64,000 nucleotides of DNA from Lama glama. Its lineage: Eukaryota. This document shows, piece after piece, positions 21,700-31,700 of the stretch. The stretch spans positions 45,260,001-45,324,000 of the forward strand of contig CM052839.1 of NCBI GenBank assembly GCA_028534125.1. The letters run 5' to 3'. Made by a program: the position numbers and the translations under genes. Positions within the stretch are counted from its first letter, which is position 1, and each line of letters opens with the position of its first letter. The notes beneath the pieces were generated by a model. The model was not told the DNA's origin, did not search any database, and saw only the letters and a list, made by a program, of their open reading frames with translations.

Positions 21700-22852
21700 A
21701 AAAATCAACTACTTTTTAAAATTAAAACCTTAAAAATGTGCATACAATAAAAACCACACTTTGGGGGCGTACAGCCAAGTTTTGAGAAGTGATACAGCTA
21801 TGTTACCACCACCACAAACAAGGCACAGAACACTCCCCTCCCCAAACCTGGGGCTGACTCTTTGAAGCCGAACCCTCCCCATCCCGGGCCCCAGCCACCA
21901 CTAACCTGTTTTCTGTCACTATGGTGTTCCCTTTTTACAGTCATCACAGAAATGGAATCCTACATGTAGCATTTGGGGCCTGGCTTCCGTCAGTGTGAGA
22001 GGCATCCGTGTTCGTCTTCACGGCTGACTAGTATTCCACCGCACTTTTGGTGGTGAAAAGGGTGAACCACACTTTTGACTCCTCAACCCACGGACATGCT
22101 GTTGTTTCCAGTGTGGGGCAATTGTGAATGAAACTGCTGTAAACATTCACCTTCAGGCTTTGGTGTGAACCTAAGTTTTCACGTCCCTTGGGTAGATGCT
22201 TAGGAGGAAGCTGCTGGATTGCATAGTAGGTGTATGTCTAACTTTATAAGAAACTTCCAGACTTTTCCAAAGGTGTGTCTTCTTACATCCCCACCAGCAA
22301 TGTGAGTTCTGACTGCTCTCTGTTGCCCTCACACTGGTATTAGTTTTAAATTATTATTAAAGTAATTCTAATATGTGCGCAGTGGTCCCTGTATGGTGTT
22401 CAGTGACATTTCCCTAATAATGCCAAGAATCTACTCGTGCGCTTCTCTGCCCTACACCCACATACCTCCTTTGGCGAAGTCTCTGTCCAAGACTTTTGCC
22501 CACTTTGCAAACAGGGGGTTTTGTTTTGTTGAGTTTTGAGTGTTCCCTACACGTTCTTGATACAGGTCCTCCCTGAGATCTGTGAGTGGCAAACACCTCC
22601 TCCCAGTCTGTGGTTTGCCTCTGCGTTCTCTTAGCTGCCTCATTCAAAGTGAGGTGGTGGTTCTTCCGTTAGTATGTTGATGTGGTGAATTGCACTGACT
22701 TTCAGATGCTGACTCAGCCTTCTATCCCCAGGAAAAGCTCCACTTATCTTGATGTATCACTCTTTTCGTGTGCTTCTGGATTTGTTTGCTAATGTTTGGT
22801 TGAGGATGTTTTTTTCACCTATGTTCATGAAGGAGACTGGCCTGCAGTTTTC
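21700..22852 (-). mobile_element. Old L1 (L1M-type) 3' end plus RT fragment, antisense
   Basis: AT-rich. Typical L1M 3' motifs (gaattgctgg-like, cccaccagcaatg, ttttgcccac). 22650-22852 rc resembles the RT segment ENYRPISLMN...HHIN. Confidence 0.8.
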
Positions 22853-22855
22853 TAG

Positions 22856-23860
22856 ACCAAGTGCACATGGAACATTCACCAAGATAAACTATATTGTGGG
22901 CAACTAAACAAACTTTTAACAAAAGTTTGAAATTTTTAAAAATATAATTGAAGTCATACAAAATATGTTCTCTTACTGTATCAGAACAAAAATAGTAATA
23001 ATAGAAAAACGCATTTCTAAATCAGCCATTACACCACAAGGATCTCTTAAAGGAAATCAGAAAACATTTTGAACTGAATAAAAATAAAAATGTATCAAAA
23101 TTCATGGGATGCAGCTAAAGCAGTGTCTAGAGGAAAATGTATAGCATTTGAATTTTTATCATATTAGAAAAGAAGGTCTCAAATCAATAATCTTAAGTCT
23201 CCACCTTTAAGAAACTAGAAGAAGAAAACTAAACCCAAAGCAGAAGGAAGGAAATAATAAAGAATAGAAATCAATGAAATAGAAAACTCAAAAACCAGCG
23301 GAAAAAATAAAAGTCCAGGCATTTCCTTGAAAAGATCAATAGTATTAATAAACCTCTAATCAGACTGGCCAAGAAAGGGGGAAATGATCAGCATCAGAAG
23401 TGACATACGGGACTCTGCACAAGCTGACAGTGAAGGCAGGCTAGAGACCCCATGGCCATGTCTGCAAGGGACCAATTCCCTGAAAGACACAAACTGCTAC
23501 AACTCACTTATGAAGAAAGAGATAACCCAAATGGCCCTAAATCTACATAAGGAATTGAATTCCATAGTTAAAAACCATGCAATTAAGAAAACCACAGGGC
23601 CAGGGGAGGGGAGGGCCCAGTGGTAGAGCGCACATGTTGCAGGCACCAGGTCCTGGGTTCAGTCCCCAGTTCCTCTGTTAAAGTAAATAAATAAACGTAA
23701 TTACCTCCCCCTCAAAACTGGAAAAAAAATTTAAAAAAGAAAATCACAGGACCAATATTGGACATTAATACCACATTGTAAATCAACTACACTTCAATTA
23801 AAAAAAAAAGGATCAGACAGTCCCCCTGGGGAGTCCTCAAACATTTAAGGAGGAAAAGAC
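22856..23860 (+). mobile_element. Old L1 ORF2 fragment (post-endonuclease to start of RT), inverted relative to adjacent piece
   Basis: aagtgcacatggaacattcaccaagata...gggatgcagctaaagcagtg...gaaaagatcaat...aaacatttaaggagga. Confidence 0.85.
23602..23736 (+). mobile_element. Vic-1-type SINE nested in L1 ORF2 remnant
   Basis: ggggagggagggcccagtggtagagcg...gtcctgggttcagtccccag...aaataaataaacgtaattacctccccc; TSD-like aagaaaa(c/t)cacagg on both sides. Confidence 0.85.
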
Positions 23861-23906
23861 ACCTGCCTGTTTTAGAAGCCCCTACATGTGCCCCTCCTGA
23901 GTGCCC

Positions 23907-23942
23907 GTACACACACACACACACACTCTCTCACTCTCTCTC
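23907..23942. repeat. Compound (CA)n(CT)n microsatellite
   Basis: acacacacacacacacactctctcactctctctc. Confidence 0.9.
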
Positions 23943-24966
23943 AAGGAAAAAGCAAACGGCACAGCTTTGTATTAAAAGCAGTGTTTATCTAGGAGGTGTG
24001 ACCCCAGATCATCCCCGGCTCTTCCAAGAGGAACCAGAGCTCTCATCCAAGGTGCCGTGCGGTCTGGAGGCCACGGTCATGGCAAAGGAAGCTGGCACGG
24101 GCCACATAGGGACCTGATGCTGGAAAGGGCCCCAGACTGATGAAGATAAGGTGCCATGCTGCCTAGGACCCAGCCCACCCCACTCCTTGCTGAGGGAGGA
24201 ATCTGAGCTCAAAAACAAACCAAGACCCGAGCAGTGGTTCCAAACCCACAACAATCCTTGTTCCTGAGGGAAGGCGGGCAGGGGCCTCCCCCGGGGGCCC
24301 GCGGGGAGCACTAGCAAGGTCCTGCCAGCCACTGCTGTGGGGATCCAAGCCCAGGCAGCCGGCCCCTGACAAAGGAGACAGGTCGGGGTGGGGGTGGCCG
24401 AGGTGGCTCTGGGGTCCTCCCAGGACCGTTGCCTGTGAACAGCAGCCGGGGGGGGGGAGGCTGGGCCCCGTCTGCAGGCAGGCCCTCCCCGCCTTCATCT
24501 GGTGCCCTGCTCTGCATGCCTGTGTGGACCCCAGGGACTTGGGGCAGGTCCAAGGGGCGTCACGTCTCAGCTAGGTCACCAGGCCTCTGCTCCCGTGCCC
24601 TCCAGGCAGGCCACGCCAAGCCATCTGCCCCTCTGCCCTCCCTTCTGATCCCTTTGGCAGATGGAAAGATGGACAGTATGCTCATCCTGCCAGACCAGAC
24701 GGCCGTGAGGCAGGAGGCAGGGCTGCCAGTCTCAGCGAGCATTCAGCTCCTCGTTCTGTGCCCGTCCTGCGGGCACTCAGGGCTGCTCCCTGGTCACCAA
24801 ATCCACAGGGCAGGCTGTAGGGGGTCCTGCCCCACCAGAAGAAAAACAGGGAACCTGCCTCTGACGCAAGGTTGGGGAGCAGGCCCCCATGGGCAAGGAC
24901 GACCCCTTCCCGCAGTGCTGGCCTGAATCTGCTGGGTTCGTGGACTCCTGAAGTTATCACCTGGGT

Positions 24967-24972
24967 TTTATT
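24967..24972 (-). terminator. Candidate TEPSIN polyadenylation signal AATAAA
   Basis: tttatt on plus strand, ~240 nt after the stop codon. Confidence 0.6.
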
Positions 24973-25213
24973 GGTGGCTGGTCTCATCACGGGATGGGCC
25001 GTCCACTGAGCCTGCCTGGCTGGCTGCCTGCCTGCACCAAGGCCTCAGTGGGCAAGGGGAAGAGGCCAGGGGGAGGGCGAGGCTGACCGCAGACCCCTGA
25101 GGGGAACCACTCTTTGATGGGACATGGGGGCTGTAGGCACTGGGGACAGGACAAAGTTGGGGGGTCCTGGGAGCATGGGCCAGGGACTCTGCTGGTGGCC
25201 CAGGCTGACGAGG

Positions 25214-25765
25214 TCACGAGTTTAAGAAGGCGAAAGCCGACGGCTCCGAGCCAGACGGTTCTTTGGCTGCCATCCTCTGAGACGACATCCAGGGGGCCTG
25301 GCAGGGCTCCCCCACAGCAGGCCCGGCCCCCACCAGGCGGGGACAGGCCACCAGCTCCATGCCAGCAAATAAGGAGTGGGAGCTGCCGCTGGGGCCCGGG
25401 CCCAGCTCTGGCCCCCACTGTCGGGTGTCCATGCCCACTGGGCCCCGCTCAGATCCAGGCCCCTGCTCTGTGGAAGCTGCCAGTCTGGTTTCAGCCTCCA
25501 CAGCATCCCCAGGGGCTGGAAGCAGGCAGCTGTCCAGGGGGGTGGGAGACACAGGGCCAGGATGCAGCCCTGATGGGGGAGCAGTGCTCCTGGGTGTGAA
25601 CAGAGCTGAACTCAGAGGCTGCAGGAAGGCCTGGTCCCCGGCTAAAGGCAGGGCATCGGTCAGCAGGTCTGATGGGCCCACATGTGCAGCTGTGGGGCCA
25701 GGCTCAGCTGGGGGCTTCCGGGCAGGAGGCCACTGTCGGCAGGAGGCTTCAAAGTGTCTCAGGAT
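25214..25765 (-). CDS. TEPSIN: TEPSIN last coding exon (uses L1-derived acceptor)
   Basis: ILRHFEASC...SLFAGMELVACPRLV...EPSAFAFLNS*; TGA at 25214-25216. Confidence 0.9.
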   Translation of the reverse strand: MLRHFEASCRQWPPARKPPAEPGPTAAHVGPSDLLTDALPLAGDQAFLQPLSSALFTPRSTAPPSGLHPGPVSPTPLDSCLLPAPGDAVEAETRLAASTEQGPGSERGPVGMDTRQWGPELGPGPSGSSHSLFAGMELVACPRLVGAGPAVGEPCQAPWMSSQRMAAKEPSGSEPSAFAFLNS

Positions 25766-28700
25766 CTATACAGGACAGAAATAGACTCATGGACAGAGAA
25801 TACAGACTTGTGGTTACCAGGGGGGCAGAGGGTGGGAAGGGATAGACTGGGATTTCAAAATTGTAGAATAGATAAACAAGATTACACTGTATAGCACAGG
25901 GAAATATACACAGAATGTTATGATAAATCACAGAGAAAAAAATGTGACAATGAGTGTGTGTATGTCCATGAATGACTGAAAAATTGTGCTGAGCACTGCA
26001 ATTTGACACAACACTGTAAAATGATTATAAATCAATAACAAATGTTAAAAAAAAAGTGTTTCAGGATCTGGATGAGGGAAGAAAAGGGGCATCGGTGAGG
26101 CTTCTGTGCTCCGCAGGAATCGCGGACGGCTTGGCCCTCCCCGCACCAGTGCCTGCCTCAGTGCCGCCGCCCAGAGCAGGGGAGGGCCGGCCAGCTGCTC
26201 CCACCCGTTCTCCTGTAGTCCCACCCTGGGGAGCAGCAGCGCTGGGGAGGACAGTTAGGGACAGGTGACTAAGGAGCTGAATTTTCAGCCACCACAGAGG
26301 AAACGGGAAGCCAACAGCGGGTGAAGGGGCCAGGGCCTGGCTGCTGCCTAGAGGCCCCGAGGAAGATCCTGGGCTGCTCCCCAACACTTGTCAGCGGAAA
26401 GAGAACTCAGACACACAGAGCCACTTCCGTCTTCCAGGAGCTGGGGACCTGGAAGCAGAGCTCAGACCCATGAGCTGTGACACAGCGGAGAACAGAGGAA
26501 TAGATCCATCCAAGCAGCCAAGGAGGGCTTCCTGCAGGAAGCCGTGTGTAAGATGAGTCATGAGGGGGACGGCGTTGCCCAAAGGACAGAGCTGCTAGGC
26601 AGCGGGGAGGGCAAGCGTGGGGTCCCAGGAATGGGAAGACACCAGGCCCCCAACTGCTGCTCCAGGGGCAGCAGGCAGGAAAGGGAGGGTCTGTGAGCGG
26701 CGCTGGGGCCTGGGGGCTGGGGATCGGGGCGGGGGCGGCGCTCCGCCACTCACCTTGGTGGCCTTGTTGGTCACGGGTCCGGGGCGGCCCGTACTGAGCT
26801 CCTGCAGCCGCGGCCGGGCGAGCAGCAGGACGCGCTCCTGGGAGAGCAGGTCGGTGCAGCCGAGGGAGGCGATGGCCCCCAGGGCTCTCTGCGGGGCAGG
26901 CCTGCGGTCAGCAAGGGCCCTCACGGGAGTCCTGTGCTCACCCCCCACCTGTCTCCAGGGCAGGACACCCCCCGCCCCGCGGCGGCCGCCCTCACCATCT
27001 GCTCGTGCTCGCCAGTCCCGCCCAGGTGGCGGATCAGCAGCTCCAGCACAGCCTCACAGTTGAGGAGTCCACACCTGCACGGGGGCACCTGGGCAGTGGG
27101 ACAGGGGCCAGGTGGGGGCGCAGAGCTGGGGCAAGGGCGGGGGGTGCAGGGGTGGGGTCCTGGAGTGGCGGGGTGGGGGGCTCACTCTTTGACGAAGCGC
27201 TGCTCCTCCTCTCGGCTCAAGAAGGCGTGCGGCCCCCGAGTCACAGCCCGGACCAGGCTCAGCTCCTGCTGGTAGTCACCCGGGGTCATGGCCTCGACCC
27301 TGTAGGAGACATGCAGGTCAGGACAGAGCAGGGTGCCTCCCCGACCGGTGGGATCCTGGAGCTGGGATGGGGGGGTTGCCCTGGGCCCAGGCTCACCTTT
27401 CTGCCAGGTCACTGGGCGCCCGGCTGGTAACTGAGGGGCTGTCGCTGCCCGACCAACTGCTGGAGTCTGAGGCCCCGCCCAGGGCGCCATCCTCCTGGGA
27501 GGAGCTCTGAGAGCTGGGGCTGCTGTCCAGCTCATCCCAGCCGCCCCCGGCCTGCCCAGGCTGGCGTCTCACTGCTGGGGGAGACAGTGACCGAGGGTAA
27601 GGCCCTCTGGGGCCTCAGGCTGGCCTCGTGTCCGCCTCCCCAGGATCCTAGAACAGAGAGATGCAGGAAAGGCCTGGGGTCTGGGTCCTGAGATGTGGAC
27701 GGGGCGGCCACCTGGGCTCCAGCTCTAGGACACACCAGGTGAGGGGAGATGGGGGCAGAGAGGAGCACATCCTTCCAGGGGACCTGCCCCGCCCGGAAGA
27801 CGCAGGAAGCCGTGTCAGGAACCAGGGCCAGGCGGGGGCTGGATGTGCAGAGCAGCAGGGACACTGCCAGCACAGTGGCTCTCAAATCCTGGTGAGTCCT
27901 GACACCCTTCCTTTGAGCCATGAAAATGACGGCAGCTGCTGAGTGAGGTGGAGGTGGAGGTCACGGACAGCTATCTGGCCGTCCTCTCCCCCAGTGCACC
28001 AGAACACACGTGCCCCAGAGCCTGGTCCTCCTCGGGCGTCCCTGCCGTCCCGCACAGCCACCCAAACGTGTCGAATGCATGGACGAGGGCTGGGGCTGGG
28101 TTCTTGTCCCAGCTCAACCCTAGTCCTGCATCTGAACAGCTGGGACCTGGATAGGACCCACCCCTGGTGGGGCCGTTACACTGAAGCTCCCACCCAGAGC
28201 AGATGGACAGAGACATTGGACAGCGCAGGGACAAGGTATGGTTGGTCTGGATGCAGCCACCACAGAGGCCACGTGGAACTCATCACCTGGGCGGCTGGCT
28301 CTGAGTTCTGAGAGGTGGTGTGGGACAGGAGGGCGGGGCCTGTACACCACCCCACCACAGGTGAGCTGCTTTCTTCCTCCTCCATCTGCTCCCACCCAGC
28401 CAGCAGGTGACAGAAGCCCGGGGCCCTGGGAGGGGAAGCCAGACCCCACTGTGGGAGGGGTGTCACTTGATACCTCGGGCGCCCAGGCCGGCTGCGGGGA
28501 GTGGGTTCCCAGGAGTGGGGGGGCTGAGGCTGGCTGGAGGTGTCACGGCTGGCTGGTAGGCGTTACCCCGCGGCAGGGGCCTCTGGGTGCTGGGGCTCTC
28601 AGGCCCAGGGCGCACAGCGCTGGCCACCACCTCTGCGGCCTTCTGGATGGTGGACAGGAAGGCTTCACCTGCAGAGCCTGCACCAGAGGGAGAGGGGACA

Positions 28701-31700
28701 TGGTGCAGCCACCACCCCCACGCCCTGTCTCCACGCTGCTCCCCACCCATGGCTTGGAGGTCAGGACACAAGCTGCACAGAGCAGAGGGCGCGCAGAGGA
28801 ACCAGGCCCGTCGGGAAGCTTTTCCGGTGAACTCACTTCAGCATGCTCTGGCCCAGTGCAGCCTGAACACTCGGCAGCTTACAGCTCAGCTGTGCCCCTC
28901 GGTCCCCTGGGTCACCGCCTCAGAGCAAGGGGCCTCCTGCTTGTCCTGAGAGCCCCAAACCTCCGTGGGCGCTTAGGGAGGCTCATGTCCAGTGCTGGGG
29001 GCTCTCCTGTGTGAGCACCCCAAGGAAGGGATCCAACCATCACCCCCAAATTAAGAACAGGTGAGGTCTCCAAGGCAGACCCACCTCAGGGATCAGAACT
29101 TCAGAAGGACCAGGGGACTGAGAGCGGGGACCAGGACCAGGACCATTAGCACAACAGTGGGACACAGCCCAGAGCCCACAAGAGGGCCACACGGCCCCGC
29201 TGCAAGCCGCAGGCACCCCCAGCAAGCATGGCTGGCACCGTTCCTGCCCTAGGTCATCTCTGTCACAGCTGGGGCCCCCGCCCTCTGCCCTCAGAGGAGC
29301 AGAGCTGGGGGCCCAAGTGCAGGCTGACCTTCAACCTGGCTTCTCACCTGTCAGTTAAGCAGAGCCGACCACACCTGCCCTGCTGCCAGGGGTGGGAGGG
29401 ATGTCAGTGTGGGGCCTGAGGGGCCCACTCGCCGCCTCGCCCCCTCGCCCCATCGGCCGGCCCCTCGCCCCTTCAGCACTCACCTGTGTGGCCCCGCTCC
29501 TTGCTGTAGCCGAAGCCCTGCAGGGCACTCTGGGGCCTGGACTGGGAGCCCATGCCTGCGGGGACGCCCGTGTCAGTGGCCCTCCGAGGAGCAGTGAGCA
29601 CACCCGGGACACTAGGGGAGGAGGGACCATGAGCCCGCCCAGAGGGGAACCTGGCCCCCCGTGATGGACATGGTTGCATACCTGCTGGAGGCAGGGCCCT
29701 GGAAGGCTGGGAGGGAGGCAGAGGTGACAAGGCGTCTGAGAACAGGGCAGCCCCCAAGTCCTGGGTGAAGACAGCAGACACTCAGCACTGCCGTGAGCCC
29801 ACCGCTGTCGCCCTGCCCCTGCTCCGCACACACCCCTCCCCAGAGGACCACGCACAGGGCTCCAGCCCTGCAGCAGGGGTAGAGCCAGGACCCTGGGTGG
29901 GGGGACAGGGAGCGACCGGGGTCCCGGGCTCACCTGGGCGGCCGCCCGCACCCTCTGGTACAAGCTGTTCCCGTGGAGAGGGTCCGGGGGGCCTGTGAAA
30001 ACTGCAGACGAGGCAGAGAGAGGAGAGCCAAGCTGGGCTCTGTGGACCACCTCGAGGGGCGTGGCCTGCAAGCCCCCTCCCTGCATGGGCAGCCTGAGCT
30101 CCGTGCCCCCCGCCAGCCCGTGTCTGTGGGGCCGGGGTGGGCTTTATAAAGCACAGATGCCCCGCCATCCCAGGCCCGCGACAGCCCGGCCCTCGCAGCC
30201 CCTCGGCTTCCCCCTCGCCCACACCCCAAGCCACGAGGCTGAGATCCGACCTCCGGGGCACCACAGGGCGCGTCGCTCCCTGACCCCACGGCCGCCTCTT
30301 GCCTGGGCTCTCGCACCAGCAGCCCAACCGCCTCCCCGGACCCCTCCACCACCCGGCGGCAACCCGAACGGGGCCTCGTGCAACTCAAAACCCTCGAGTA
30401 TCCCAGGGGCTTGACAGTAAAACTCAGGTTCCTCGGCCTCAATCGTCTCCTCTCGTAAAGCTTCAGTCGGGCCTCATCAGGTGAGCTTCCGCTGCACTAC
30501 ACCCCGCCCAGGCTCTCCCTGCCTCAGGGCCCTTGCACTCCCGGGGGGACAACCCCCACCACCGCGCGTGCCTCACTCCCCCCTCCTCTCAGGGCTCAGA
30601 GCGAGAGCAGGGCCTGCCTGTTTCCTCTGTCCAAACGCATCTCTCTTCTCACCTGGCTGGTGCCAGCCCCAGGATGTGCAGACCATGGCCCCGCAACCAG
30701 TGGGCGGGCAGCCGGACACAGGAGGAGTGAAGGGACAGCAGCACCTCCCTGCCGTTCCTGCTGCAGCTCCCACCCTCCCTGCAGGACCCTGCTGGACCCC
30801 AGACACAGGACTGTCCTCTCTGTGCACCCCCCCGCCCCAGCACCACCTCCTCTCACAGCCCATGCAGGGCTATCTGCGCACCGTCCCCTGGGGCCAGTGC
30901 TCAGAGCTGGAGAGATTTTGGTGCCAACAGAGAACCCGGTCTGCTGCCCTCAGTCCGTTTCACCTGCTCTCTTCCAGGGGACCAGGACAGAGGTGACCCC
31001 CGGCACCCGCCGCAGCTGTGCAAGCTGCCCAGTGGGTCACTGTGACCTGCCAGCTGGTGAGGATGACCCAGCAGGACTGCTGCGGGGCACGAGCTCTGGG
31101 GAGCTCGGCTGTGATGGGTGCACCCCAGCCCTGGTGCCTCTGGGCCCCTTCCCAGGCTGCTCCATCTCCAAAGCACCGACACAGCTGCCCAGGACCACAG
31201 GCAGCCCCGCCCCACCCTGGCCATAGCCCCATCTGCAGTAAAGGATGCAGGCAGGTGAGTCCCAGCACCCGGCGGGTGGGACATACTCTGTAACTGCCGA
31301 GGATCTCCTGCAAGTGGTGGCCAGAGGACTTGGTCCCCATCGTGGCGCTGCCCTCTTGGGGACAGCTTGGTTGGGTGGGTTCTTGCCTGAAGGCCAAGGC
31401 CTCCCTGTTCCATTCGCCCCACCCAAGGAGCAGACCTCAGGCCCCCAGCTCGCAAGTCTGTGTTAACAAGAGGCGCGGGACGACCCTGGCCCGGGGATGG
31501 GTGAGGGACGGGACTCCACCCCAGACCCACCTGTCGCCTGGATCACGACAGGCCAGAGCCCCACCTCTCCTGATGGCCTCACCAGTCCCGTCCTCCCACA
31601 GCCCTTCTGAGAGCGGAAGGTTTACTAGGGCCCCGGGGAGCAGCCCTGGGGAGAAGAGAGAGCCCGTGGCAGGGACGGCAGCACAGACGCTTGCCGAAAG

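Noticed and set aside
25214-26069. TEPSIN as a pseudogene disrupted by L1
   Set aside because: All 13 exons are intact and in frame, and a usable downstream AG restores the full ORF with conserved terminal motifs.
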